Positions 1-13,449 of a stretch of DNA of 63,777 bases are shown piece by piece. The stretch spans positions 65,968,001 through 66,031,777 of the forward strand of contig CM097888.1 in NCBI GenBank assembly GCA_044892525.1. Direction: 5' to 3'. Both the position numbers and the translations under genes were made by a program. The notes under the pieces were generated by a model, which saw only the letters and a list, made by a program, of their open reading frames with translations, was not told the DNA's origin and made no database searches. The DNA is from Schmidtea polychroa. Taxonomy: Eukaryota. How positions within the stretch are numbered: position 1 is the first letter of the stretch; every line of letters begins with the position of its first letter.

Positions 1-2474
1 ATATTAATAAATAATAGTGTTGTGGATAAACGCTCAATGGATACATTTTTTTTGTATGTGGACATGACGGTTAGATGAGTTTGATACCACTCTGTAATCG
101 GAAATGAAAATAATCCATGGTAAAGAATAAAATAAAGTCAAAATATTAATGTCAGTAATACTATATAACAAAACAATATACACGATGTTGTTTTGATCTT
201 ACAAACATTAATATAAAAATTATTGAATTAAAATAAAGACCAAAAGTGAAATCAAAAGTTTGTCAATTACGATTTATTTAATATATTGCTTAATATACAA
301 AATATGTATGGATTTTCTTTTCTAGACGTGTACTGTTTCTTTGTCAAATGTTACTTTTCAGAATTAACCGTTATAATTTATTGCTTCTTTTGTTGAAACC
401 CGGAATCAACTCTTATATCGTTTAAATATCATCGTATTTCAATAATAATGCATCCTAGATATTTGAATAATCTAGTCAATCAAATTGAAATAAATTAGGT
501 TTTTCGGTATTTTGAAATTGGTACTAGTGGGGAACTGATAAGACCGGCGAATAAGGCTTTATGAAGAACCAATATTATTTTTAAATTAGTAATTATTTAT
601 CTGAAATAAATTTGAATGAATTAACCTACAAATTTCTAATAAAATGTTAAAGAATCACATTAATACAAAAAGTATAATAAGCAATTAATTTTTCAAATAT
701 AAATTATTTATCTTTGGCGTGAATAAAATATATATTTTCATTGATCTGAGCTTCAAAACAAGGTATAACAATCACAGTTTTCCAACCCCAATTACAATGA
801 TAAAGGGAATATACATAATTATATCATTATTTTGAAAAATTCTACACCATTTCAGATTCGAGTAGTTTTCTAATTAATTCCAATAATATAATATACGATT
901 AAAGATTTAATAGGGGATATAGTTGGATTGGACCATTCTCATTTTAATAAATTACTTTTATTTTCGAAATTGATTATTACATTTGACTTTATATTATTAT
1001 AACCACATTAAAGAAAATATGAAACGTAATTAATTTCCAAAGTGGACAAAACAGCTTGAAATTTACATATAATTGACTGTTTTTGAAGACTAAGTTGCTC
1101 AATTTTATGTAAATTAATCACATTATCATGATTCTTGTTTAAAACGTGAACTTTTGATGTAAATTAGAAAAATATATAAAGTCGTAGTTTTGCCATTTAC
1201 TGCAAAACCATTTTCTAACGTCGATATATTTCTAGCATCCTGCATATCTGAATGTAGCAAATATCAAGAAAATTAAAATTTTCTAGTTTACATCAATAAA
1301 AATACCCTTATTATAAAATCAAAATAGAATCTCATAAATCCCACCTTTATTATTATTTTCTGTTAAAATATCATATTCCCATAATGCATAATCATTTTTA
1401 CAGTAGTTAATATAAGTTAATAATATGATTTTAGTTATTACATTTTAAATGATTCACTCAAAATCACAAACAATTTTTTTTAAATCAGATTATTCTTTCT
1501 TTCTAGTGTTCCGGTTAATCATAACAATTATTTCAAGTCAATGAATTTTATAAATAAATAGCCAATTTAAATTACATAATTAATTCAATTTTATTTTATA
1601 AATATTTCATGATTAAAATTTAAAATAGTTGTCTATGATAGTTTTTTATGCTGAAATGACAATTAATAAATTTTAAGGGATTTACTTTCAAATAGGAGTC
1701 CAATTTGATAATTTTTGCAAGACAAAACTTTCAGTTATATTTCCTAACATTTATATTAAGGTAAAATAATAAAAATAAATAAAAAAATAACTTTTTGATA
1801 AAAATACAAAGTCTTAATCCATCTTTCATTAATTCAGTGACGACTTAGAATTTTCTCCATTAAGTCAATAACCTTTACACCCGGGGTTGACTAACCCAAG
1901 ATTCTCATACTTTTGTTAACTCAAGAAATACGTTATCGATTGGAAAATATGAAAATAGGATGTCACAAGGTTTGGACTGTTTGTGAGGTGTGTCAAAAGT
2001 CCAGTGACATTTTGAATCAGTACTTGTGGATCGAAGCTGCCCTGATAAATTACACGCGTTTGTTATTGATTATTACAGCTACCCTTATCATTAAGCCTAA
2101 TGTTAGATAATTTATAATACATTTTCAAATGTTGGTGATCTTTTCATTTCAATACTAATGAAAGTTGAAATGTTAACTACCGAGAAAATAAAAATATGTG
2201 ATTTTCATTGTCATATTATTTACTATTCCTAATAATTATTGTAAATATGCATATTATAATATGAAAAGTATTGTAAAAATTAAAAAAAATTAATTAGTAC
2301 TTCATTTAATTAATCATAATATTATTTATTTCAATAATTTTGTATTTATTCTCAATTAGAATTAGTATTTATTTAATTTATTAATTTTCATTTGGCATGA
2401 AAATTTTCATACATTTCATTTTTCTAGAAATGTTAATATTTTCAAAGACTTTTTACATTAAAATGCTCATTTAG

Positions 2475-2808
2475 GGATATAGTGATATTGTTCAATTTCT
2501 TTTGGAAGCTGGTGCTGATCATGAACACAGAACGGATGAAATGCATACTGCGTTGATGGAGGCCTCTATGGAGGGACATATTGAAGCTGCAAGAGTACTT
2601 CTTAATTACGGAGCACAAGTCAATATGAGAGCTGATAGTTTCGAGTCTCCTTTAACACTGGCAGCTTGCAGCGGCCATACAGACCTTGCGGGGTATCTCA
2701 TCAAGTATGGAGCAGATATTGAAGAGGTTAATGATGAAAGTTATACGCCATTAATGGAAGCATCTCGTGAAGGTCATCTTGAAACAGTTGTAATGTTACT
2801 CGCCTTAG
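2475..2808 (+). CDS. mask: MASK (ANKHD1/ANKRD17) first visible exon, ankyrin block 1; gene is 5'-incomplete
   Basis: ttag acceptor at 2471-2474. GYSDIVQFLLEAGADHEHRTDEMHTALMEASMEGH...SFESPLTLAACSGH matches the ANKHD1 repeats as I recall them (FLLEAGADQEHKTDEMHTALMEA...SFESPLTLAACGGH). Phase-1 GT donor at 2809. Confidence 0.93.
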
Positions 2809-2849
2809 GTAGTAATTTAATAATTATTCAATTTTAAATATTGATAAAG

Positions 2850-3115
2850 GGGCTAAAATAAACCGAGTTACAGAAGAGACACAAGAAACCGCAATGACAC
2901 TGGCAGCGTGTGGGGGTTTCTATGATATTGTCATGTTACTACAGAGATGTGGAGGAGACATAGAAAAAGGTGCTTCGACTCCATTGATGGAATCAGCACA
3001 AGAAGGTCATTTAGATATCGTTAAATCACTTATTTGTATTGGAGCAAATATTGAAGCTAAAAATGCCAGCGAAGAAACCAGTTTACATTTTGCTGCTGAA
3101 AACGGTCATTTGGAG
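2850..3115 (+). CDS. mask: MASK exon, ankyrin repeats
   Basis: Follows a 41-nt GT-AG intron (2809-2849). Encodes AKINRVTEETQETAMTLAACGGF...STPLMESAQEGHL. Phase-0 donor at 3116. Confidence 0.93.
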
Positions 3116-3162
3116 GTTTTAACTGTGCATTTTATATTCTCAAACTCATTAACCAATGATAG

Positions 3163-3363
3163 GTTGTGCTTTATTTGTTGGACTGCAATGCAAATATCCA
3201 TCACACTTCAGAAGGCGGTCGAACTGCATTAATGAAAGCCAGTAGAGCTGGTAATTTAAGTGTTGTCATATTACTCGTGGAAAGGGGCGCTTGTGTTGAC
3301 CAACTGACAATACAAGGTGACCACAATGCTCTTAGTTTAGCTTGCGCCAACGGTCATTGCAAG
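3163..3363 (+). CDS. mask: MASK exon, ankyrin repeats
   Basis: Follows a 47-nt intron (3116-3162). Encodes HTSEGGRTALMKASRAGNL...DHNALSLACANGHCK. Donor at 3364. Confidence 0.93.
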
Positions 3364-3799
3364 GTTATAATTTCACATTACGATAAATTCAATAATAATA
3401 ATAATTTGTCGCATGAATTTCAAACAGTTTTCATTATATAATTAAATAAAATGCCATTTAAAATGCCATTTAACAATATGATACAATGAAACATATAATC
3501 CAAGTTACTGTGGATATTTCTAAAAAATATAACCATTTTCAATGCCAATCAGATGTTATCTATATGTGCTATTGTTCGATAGAAAGATTTCAAAGTAATC
3601 TACGAACTTTTTCACTGCCGGTTAAAATTTTAGGACACCGAAAATCGTTATAGGTACCCATTATATTCAGAAGCATCTTAATAATAACAAACTATAATGA
3701 CATTTTAAGGTCTAGAAATAATTTTGGGATCAAATTACTTTCATTAAGAAGTGTATTATTTTATGTGACAGACATATTCGGTGGCATTCTGAATTAATT

Positions 3800-3845
3800 G
3801 GCATAGTGGCTTGACACGCCACATCTAAAAGGTTGCCGACCCCTG
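3800..3845 (-). mobile_element. Solitary hAT terminus
   Basis: aggttgccgacccctg is the reverse complement of the classic caggggtcggcaacct hAT TIR. No partner TIR found. Confidence 0.5.
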
Positions 3846-4299
3846 GAACATAGAAATACACAACAATCGCCAACAGGTGCTTTTGGCAGCCAAAGTGTTA
3901 AATATTATGAATTGAGTTAATTTAAAAGTTTTGGTATGCCAGTTAGACTGATTTTTTTAAAAATTGATAATTAATTCATTCTGTTCACTCGTATTCGAAA
4001 CCTCATTGGTCTTATAATCTTTCCAATTTTATTTTGTTTATTATTATTATTTATTATTATTATTATTTTCTATTATTAATAATTATCATCGTCATTATTA
4101 TTGTTTATTGTTTTATGCACATTTAAGGAAATAATATAGTAATTTATTTTATTGTATTTTCTCAATTCTCTTATATTTTTTGACTTTGGTAAATTTTAAT
4201 TGGAAAAGGAGCGTTATTATTAAATGATTTGCCATCAGAACTAATTATGTCATACTTGGTGCGTTCAATTAATATATATATATATATATACGAAATCAA

Positions 4300-4540
4300 T
4301 TGGTTCCATATCTGGCAGTTTGCACAAGTTGAAGATAATAGGCAGATTTTTTTGTGACACGTCTGCGAAATCATCGACAATTAGCTCTTTTGATCACAAA
4401 ATGTTGAAAGTATCATGGCCCATTCCCGTGACTTGAGAAAGTTTTCTCATCGGGGAATTTCATGGAAATAAATGCTGAATGGAGTTTTATCCTCAGTCAA
4501 ATTTGCGACGAAATACTCACCGTGCTGCTTCCACAGTCGA
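4300..4540 (-). mobile_element. Possible Tc1/Tc3-like HTH remnant
   Basis: Minus-strand STVEAAR*VFRRKF resembles the DUF4817 QRAFRRKF motif; it abuts a (TA)n tract. Very decayed. Confidence 0.3.
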
Positions 4541-5540
4541 AGATTAAACTTTAAATTCTTCTAATTTTTTGAATCTAATTGTTATCATTTATCTTTATTT
4601 CTTCTTTGGACCAACGATCAATATTTTTTATTCTATATTTAGTATTTGAAAAAGCAATTCCAAAAATTCATGTTAAATATGAAACGAAATATTGATCGAT
4701 AGTCTAAAAAGTAGTAATGAAAGTGAAAAGAAGACAATATTGAAAAAGATAAACATATTTTAATGGCAATAACCATTTTATAACCATCAATTGCTTAAGA
4801 CCATACTTGATATTATGTAGCTATTTTTTCCTTTCATAATCAATCAAATAACAGTTCTTTAAGAAGATTAAATTTTTAATTATTTTTACAATTATTTTTT
4901 ATGATATTATAAGAATTTTTTCCCATTTTCACCACTGATTTTTTTTTCTATTGAATTTAAAATTTAATATAATATATATTTGTCATTATTGATAAGAACT
5001 GAAAATCGGTTACACAAATACAGAGTCTTGCCTGCTCTCTTTCTTTACTTGAGAATGAGTTCTAACGTACGTTGCAATCTGAACTTTGAATTCCGTGTGT
5101 ATTGAAACACTTTCCGTTATCAGGATTTTACTCTCAATAAAATCTATAGCTAACAAGTAATATGAAATATGAAACATGGATATGATTATTATCGTTCCCC
5201 GATGTTAAACAACCAAGATATTTCTTTTTCATGACATTCTCAGTTCTATAAGATCATTATTTGTCAATATAGTACCATCAATTTTAATAATGTTCAGTAT
5301 CTAAACCATTCGTGTATTTACAGTTAATTTACTTTTATACTGATGCATTTGGTACCTATTTTAAAATTGATTGTATGAAATAAAAAATTTCTCAAGTGAA
5401 TTCGTGTAAATAAAGGATTTTCTGTGTTTTGTTTTTCACTTTCAGTTCTACTGAGCATGGCGTTAAAGGATATTTTTCTATATTTACTCTTGATTGCACT
5501 TTTAAATATGTTCACTTATATATCGATTATTTTGTTTCAG

Positions 5541-6770
5541 GTGGTAGAATATCTATTAAAAGTAGGAGCAGATCCAACAGTTAAATTAAAAGATAATTGT
5601 ACAGTTCTTATTGAAGCTTCACGTGCTGGTCATTCAGATGTTATTGAAACACTTCTAAAGGAAAATAAGCGTAATAAAAAATTCGGTGGGGGAAATTCTC
5701 CTTCTAATCAACATCTATGTCCCAATTCTTCTGCACTATCTAATATCGAATTAGATTTAAACGACGTTCAACATTTCAATAATCAGTATATTTCTATGTC
5801 TGATCGTGATAGTATTGTTACTAGTCAAGAAACATACAATAATAAATTTATTAATTCACCAATTGGAATGAAAATTGATCAACCAGTTATAAATACATCC
5901 TGTAGCCATTCTTCAGAAAATATTCAATTCAATGATTCAAATTTATCTTCCCACGTACAATCATTGCATAATGTATCGCAGTTTCACCCTTGTTCTTTCA
6001 CCAGTTCTACAACAAATGATAAAGACATTCAGTCTAAATCGTGTTTTAATATTCAAATGATTAACGATGCAATATCGAATGAAGCAGCAAGTGATCACAC
6101 AAAATATATACGACCTTTATTTTTGTCGAATGAAATTCCTGATCCTCCGACAAATCCTCCACCAATGCCATCTTTTTCCGGTTGCACTACAAATCAAGTT
6201 TTTATAGAGTCAAGCAATGCTTTATTGTCATTAAATGACGATACAAATCTTTCTATGACTTTAATGGGACTAGAAAATCAAAAATTACTTCAAAATATTT
6301 TAGATCCAAATTCGCCAAATTTAGAGGAATGGGTAAAATACATTTGTCCTAATTTCAATAACAATATATACGCAAACGATCCAAGTTATGAAACTCTCTC
6401 TAAATTAACACTTCTACAATCCGAATCCAATACGTCAGAGTTGCCTCAGTTATTGCAACAAAATAACAATGTTCAGTTTCATCGGAAAATCAAAAAAGCA
6501 AAACATTCAGATAGTTATGGTATGCACAATGATATGTGCCGCAACTGTCCGTATTCATATCAGCAGAGATCTTGCGCTCCTTTATCACCGGAAAAATCAG
6601 TTACATTTGAATCAAATTTCGGTGTTTACAGGTGTCCTGGTGAGGGTGTTGATGCTGATGGTGAATCCGCTCCGAAAAATAAAAGCTATCACAAAGAAAT
6701 TGTTTTCGCAGATCAATTCAATAATAACAAATCCAACAACGATTTTATTACAACCTGCAACGACTGCACT
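5541..6770 (+). CDS. mask: MASK exon, end of ankyrin block 1 plus low-complexity linker
   Basis: tttcag acceptor. VVEYLLKVGADPTVKLKDNCTVLIEASRAGH matches ANKHD1 GADPTHRLKDGSTMLIEAAKGGH. 410 open codons, then gtgagt donor at 6771. Confidence 0.9.
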
Positions 6771-6781
6771 GTGAGTAGTTA

Positions 6782-6847
<66 letters not shown>
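6782..6847 (+). repeat. (ATT)22 microsatellite
   Basis: Perfect trinucleotide run starting 11 nt after the MASK donor at 6771. Confidence 0.95.
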
Positions 6848-6937
6848 GTATTCATTAAAAAGCTTGACTATAAACATATCGATGTTTTTGATATATTTAC
6901 TGATTCATAGTCTTCAAGCTTTTTAATAAATACAATG
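6845..6937. mobile_element. Short foldback MITE, internally deleted copy of the 27948-28093 family
   Basis: attgtattcattaaaaagcttgactat...atagtcttcaagctttttaataaatacaatg; the same arms occur at 27948-28093. Confidence 0.7.
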
Positions 6938-7002
6938 GAAAAGTAATCAGTAGTGAAATTTGAAAAAAAAATTCCTTATATTATTACTTTTACTTCTACT
7001 AC

Positions 7003-7033
<31 letters not shown>

Positions 7034-7612
7034 TACTAATTAGTACTAATCACTATTTTAGCCTTTCAACTGAGTTTAATCAGAATTTCAATCGAATACT
7101 GTAAAATTTTTGGAAAATAATAGAAGTTTTGTAAAAATCTGATTTCAAAACTCTATAAATCAAACAATTTGAAATTCTTAATAATAAAAATATAATATAA
7201 GCATTATTTATTCAAACAAACTTTTTCGCGGAAATTATGTTGCTGATAAAGTTATACTGTATGCTATAAATAGTTAAATAGAATTTTGTATAAATCAAAT
7301 TAGTACAAATACACTGTAATATTAACATATTATAACTATGATTCATATAAAATATTTTTATTAATTATTTATTACTTGATACCTGGAACAGAATATTAAT
7401 AAACCCAAATTTTTGATAAATTAAAAAAAAGTCGTTGCCCCGTGTATTACTATCCATGTTCGAATAATAAACACTTTGTTGACTGCATAAACTATGGGTA
7501 GGTACGGTACCAAGTGGAAAACACTTTTAGGGTATGTCGGAATATTAATGCTACTTTAGCCTGCCACATACTGCAATTTATGATATATTAACTCCTATTG
7601 GAGATCTATTAG

Positions 7613-8490
7613 TACGAGGGTTGCTGTTTATGTATCAGGAATAATACACAAAAACAAATATTTATCATTGAAAACAGTTTTATTGTTTTTTCAAAATATT
7701 TTTCGCGATGATCGATACATTTCTACACACGTTTGAACCAATTTTTATATCACTTTTCCCATTCCGGATGATGCTTTTCCAAAACATGCAATAACTGCTT
7801 CTTCTGGCGTCGGAAATCGTTGACCACGTAGCTTATTCTTCACATACAGGAGCAAAAATAAGTTACTGGGTTCCAAATCAGGACTGTACAGCGTGCGCCT
7901 CATAAATTCGATATTATTACGAATCAAATATTCGGTTGTTGGACGTGACCTGTGATAACTCGCATTGTCATGGTGAAGAATGATAATCAACTGTGCAGTC
8001 CTTAGAAACAGATGACCACTTACTTCAAAGTGCTTTTTGTGCGAACTTGGCTCATCTTGGGACACCATAAATCTGTTACTTTCGTTTCCATACGCAAAGA
8101 TTTATAACCTGTTTGGATGTTTTATACGGCTTTTTAATATTTTTTGTACATTTCTTTCCACCAATCGACACTAGCCTTTTTTGAGCGATTGCAAAATTAT
8201 GTGGTTCAACGCAAAAAAATATTTTCACTGCTAAATGTTCATGTAACATCTTGTATATGCTTGTCATATTAATGTCTTTGGATGTCTTAATCTCACGGCA
8301 TTATCAGTTCACCCGCATCATTGATTTTTTCTGGCACATCAACCGATTTGGGCTGACCTTCTTTGAATTCGTCAGTGATCGAACGACAGTCACGATTGTA
8401 TACACTAAACAAGTGATATACAGTGGTTTCAGATCAAGCTTCATCGCCAAAAAGTCGAAGTGAGTTGATCAATGTACTTCAGATAATCGA
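7613..8490 (-). mobile_element. Degenerate mariner (DD34D-type) transposon in MASK intron
   Basis: TAcgagggttg terminus. Minus-strand remnants TST(F)GDEA, EFKEGQPKS, LHEHLAVK, ILHHDNA, YSPDLEPSN, VKNKLRGQRF, with frameshifts and a deletion. Opposite TIR not found. Confidence 0.88.
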
Positions 8491-9169
8491 CGTCAAAAGC
8501 TCTAGTAGATGCTAAGAATGCTAAATGAATATGACTCATCTTGAGGTTCAGTTAGCCATTCTGACGAATGCCGTACTAATGGAAATAAACTATTTTCCCT
8601 TGATCCATTATGAAAACTTTGTAGATAGTAGAGAAAGCGACTGGAATATAATAAATGAAATCAAAAATGCATATTTTGAAAAAAAATATCAGAAATTTCT
8701 GACGAGTTGCTTTAAGTCACAATTTGATTAGATTTGTCGAAAAGTACACTATTGATTCACTAGATCGATTTACATGTAATTTTCAATATATATTTAAATA
8801 AATGTAAGCTAAGTGGGAAAACGAAGAGTTAATTTGACTGCACATTTGTGTCACTGAACATGAAAGTGTTAATCAAAAAATCATAACATGTTTGACATGA
8901 CAACATGTTTGTGCTACTTGGTGAGTTTGATCGATTTGAGAATTACAAACTATTTCCTTAATTCTGCTATATTTTTCTATGTTTAAGTGAAATGTTTTGT
9001 TTTACAAAAAGAAAATTTGGTACATTTTGGAACAAAAAGTTTAACTTAATTTTTTTACTAATACCAAGTACTCCATACAATTATTTATTTAATTATTATT
9101 TTATTATATATTTATTATTTATTTTGTTATTTATTATTTTTGAATGAAAACATATTTGGTCCATTTTAG

Positions 9170-9676
9170 ACTCCTCAAAATATTTTCTCTGCCAATAATA
9201 ATAATAATAGTAATAATAAACAATTCAATACATCACTAAGTCCAACTGGAATCTTTTCATTAGACAAGACAAATGAAGATATCATTTACGCACCTGAATT
9301 GTCAATTCTTAATCGTATCCAAAACTTTTCAAACGCATCGAGTTTGCCTTCATACAGTCAAGATGATAATCATACAGATGTGAAACGCATTTTCAATTCT
9401 GTGACACCAACATCTGTCAGTCCAATCAAATCCAAAACTAGTAATCAGAGCCTTTCAACTCCATTCCCAAAACAAGTTTTACAGCCTAAGAGACGTTTGC
9501 AACAAAATCAAAGATCTCCATTATCAAATATATCTCAGATTTCAAACACTTCTATTTCATGTTCTGACCATAAACTATCACCACACATGAAGTCGATTTC
9601 TCAAAATGATCAATTTTTGCTTTCGTCAACTCCTGTCAGTCAAAATATTTTTGATTCAATATCTTTTAATACACAG
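9170..9676 (+). CDS. mask: MASK exon, Ser/Asn/Pro-rich linker
   Basis: ttttag acceptor, 169 open codons, phase 0 at both ends, cag|gttag donor. Frame fits both neighbours, but there is no domain homology. Confidence 0.75.
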
Positions 9677-12046
9677 GTTAGATAACATAAATAAATTATT
9701 TTAATTAATTTTAAATTTAAATTCCATATTTTACACCAAATATTGATCGACGATTTAAAATAAAATATTTTAATCATAGAAAAATGTCCTTTTAATGTAT
9801 CTTGAATATTTGTTTATGACCGTGGAAAAATATGATATTCCTATTTTAATGAACCCAGCAAAATTAACAAATAAAATGGTTTATTTAAAAAAAACTAGTA
9901 CGACTTACTGTTGGAACCGATTGCTGAAATAAGTCGACTTTCTGTGTTTAAAACCAATATATGGATGGTTCTTTATAATTTTATACTTTGAGATTAATTA
10001 ATATATTTCAGACAACAATTGATTTAAATTTATACCTATTTTGATGAAAAAAGTTCATTTATTTTAGTTTTGATTTTCATAAAATAACATTCAAATAAAA
10101 TGTAAACAAAAACATAGAAAACACAAAGTTAAAGTACTCCTAATAATTAAGGATGTTTCAAAAGTACATTAGTGCAGAAGTTTATTATTTTTCTAGGACG
10201 ATTATATATACTAGTATTTATATAATATACTGGCACAAAATGAATATTTCTTATCATATTTAATGACGTTTACATCTAAATGAAATTTACATCTAAGAAA
10301 TTGCAATTTATACCAATATTTTATAAGTAAATTTTTATAATATAGATTTACTTCAGTATACTGAAATAATTTCATACATTTTCCATTGAAAACTCATCTA
10401 AATATTAGAGTCGTTTTCATTGTCAACTTGTGGTTGCTAATAACAATGGTCATTGTTTTTATGAAATTACTTTTATTGAGTGAAATAATTATTTTAGTTA
10501 CATTGTAATAATGTATTATTCAAGCCATTTAACTTGGGTAATGAAAAAAATGGCGTTTTTAATAAATAAACGAAAACTCCAAATATGTAATACATATTTT
10601 CAGTAAATGATCCGAATCTCATCTGACTGTCACGTCAATCAATGTAATATAATATAGTATAAATTTTTGATATTTATTGGGAAATGGTAATGGGAAATGT
10701 GAATAAATTGGCGATTAAACCACAATCCAGCGTAATTAATTGGTTAAATTATAGCAGTGGTATCATTATCGGTTTTCGTATATAGTATTTGGCATTGATA
10801 TGATTGATAATGAGGATTATTTCCTTGAAATATATTTGTTCTTTCATTTATTAGTTTAATTTAGTTTGGAAATATGATTTTTTTTATTATAATGAATTTT
10901 ACAAAGGTTATGATATTTTTTGTTTTCCAATTAATATTATAGTTTTTTGTTTAAAATGATGCTAATCGCTGTTTAATATAAAATATGGTTTTCCATAATT
11001 CCAAACAAAATTTTAATAGAAATAATAACCTAAGAACAATTAGAAGTCACAATAAGTATTAGTAATGATATTGTTTTCATTATGGCTTTTAATTTTGTGC
11101 CAATTCACTGCGTTGTCTTTATTTTACTTTTAATCTTTTAAAAAGATATCTTGAATGCAACTTTTTTAAAATTCCTTTATTAAGGATTGCTAAATTTCTA
11201 ATGTATTTGTTAAATTCTCGGTTTGAAGAAAAAAGTCAAACATAAAAGCATACAATTAAGTTTGACTCAATTTTTTCAGCCCCATTATTGATATTGACGA
11301 ATATTTATACTTGCACAATTTCATAATATAGTTGAGGAATCGATGAATTACTATGATATAGTTATGGTGAAACTATTACAAAGACTCGTACAGCCAAAGG
11401 GGTTAAAGGAAATTACGATATATTATTTTTGAATTCAATAAGTTTCATATTAATATTTGAAAGACAAAACAATAAGGTATATAATATTTCGACAGCTTTT
11501 ATCAAGTGTGTATTTCAATCATTACCTTATTTAATCTTAAAAGTTAACTATAATTTTATATTTTAACGTATGTTTTCATTTTAATTATATTTTATTATTT
11601 TTTTGAATGTTTAATTGCATTTAAAAAAAGTTATGATCTCCAAAAAAGTCATTGTGGAACACAGAACTAAAATGAAATTTTTTCTATCGAAATTTTATAA
11701 ATTTTGTTACCATTTTTTATTTTTATAAACAAAATTTGGGTATTCATGCTATCTTTCATTTGAAATTGCTTTAAAATTAACTAATTGATATTTTTACATA
11801 ATCAAAATGAAATTTGATGTAGTTATTAAAATGAATACGTGCCATTATAATACTTTATTATATTTGTTATATACTTGAATAGCTATTCAAATTTCGATGG
11901 CATTTTTTTCTTTTGTGGTTTAACATTATCTGACATGAAGTTGAAAATTGAGATTTTATCTTTTTAAAAATTTTCTAATAATCAGTTTTCGGTGCTATTG
12001 TGTAACTACAGATCAAGTTTTTTGACAGACATATCTCAAACCTTGA

Positions 12047-13290
12047 CCCTTAAATACCCCTTGTATCTTATAAGATGCAACCTTTAAAATCTATATTTCT
12101 ATATAAATATTCAAAATTTCCGGAGCAAACCAATTTTTTGAAGCGCAGCTAACTTCATTCATATTTTGAAATGTCATATTATGATGTAATCAATGTTTAA
12201 AGCAGGGACTGAAACCCGGAAAAATTTGGGTTCGGGTTCAGGTTTGGTCCAGGGTTCAAGTTCGGGTTCAAAATTTAGAAAAAAAAGCCCTATCTTTAAT
12301 TTATTTTTCATTTAATTTAACCACTTAATGTACGTGCACGTGACATATACGGGCGCATCTTACTGGCAATTTTGTACTCGCCCGTGGCATAGACGGGCGA
12401 ACATTATATTTACTTATGATATTTACGTATAGCGTGTTTATAACGTGTTGTTTGAATTGTTTAATTATTTAATTTTTTTGAATTACTTTATTATATTATT
12501 TTTATTATATTATTACACAAAATTCTAAATAAATGTGTACATTAAGTGGTTAACAATTAAAATATTTTTTAAGTTCTCTTCTATTAGATTTGCTCGTTGT
12601 GGTGAAAGTATACATTTTAAAGCTGGAAAAGCCCTATCTACGCATACTTGCGTAACAGGGACTGCAAATATTATTTGGGCCACCTGATATAGTAAAGGTG
12701 TTTGTATTTTATGTTGCTCCCAAAATTCTAAAATACTTTTTTCTTTTGCCAGTCTTGGATAATTTTCGTATATTTCCATCTCATTTTTAACTGAACTATC
12801 AATGAAAGATGTGGAATTTATATTTTCCGAATTAATTTGAAAAAGCTTTTCTTTCTTTAAAACTTGTTCAAGAATATCCTCTCCTTAATATAGAATTTAA
12901 CAAACAAAAAAGAACACGTTTAATGATTAATAATGATTATTATTAAATTTTAATCATAGAAAGTCAAAATTTCAAATAATAATAAAATCAAAATCGTTAG
13001 GAAACATTAATGAACACGAGAAACTTTACTATTTGTATTTTGTATCGTAGTAAGCTACTTTAAGAAAATAATCTAGGCAACATTAACGAATACGAAAACA
13101 TTAATACTTTTTTGTCCTCTATTTTTCTAAAAAAATTCACAAATAAATTTTTTTAATTTATGAACCCAAACCTGCATGAGTTTGTGGGTTCAACATGGTT
13201 CGGGTTCATGGTTAAAAAATCAACGGTTTCAGTCCCTGGTTTAAAGTATACATTATTATTTTTAATAAAATAGTCTGGGGTATTTAAGGG
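12047..13290. mobile_element. piggyBac-type MITE (~200 bp) interrupted by the hAT element
   Basis: Perfect 14-bp TIR cccttaaatacccc / ggggtatttaaggg, flanked by ttga (left) and ttaa (right). Confidence 0.75.
12203..13238 (-). mobile_element. Non-autonomous hAT element keeping only the C-terminal dimerization-domain coding remnant
   Basis: Perfect 14-bp TIR cagggactgaaacc, perfect 8-bp TSD GTTTAAAG, subterminal gggttc repeats. ORF 12525-12779 encodes ILEFWEQH...PVTQVCVDRAF. Confidence 0.92.
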
Positions 13291-13449
13291 TTAAATGATT
13301 TTAAATATTAAAAGGATTTTAAATATTAGCGAAATACATCAAATTTACATTTTAATTTACAATTGTTTGATATGATTCTAATTAATCACCTTTTATATAA
13401 TAATATTAAAGGGTTTTATAATATTTTTAGTGAATGAATTATCTTTTAG

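Noticed and set aside
1-2474. Search for upstream MASK exons, including ORF 1913-2110
   Set aside because: No ankyrin-like translation in any frame; the 5' exons probably lie outside the window.
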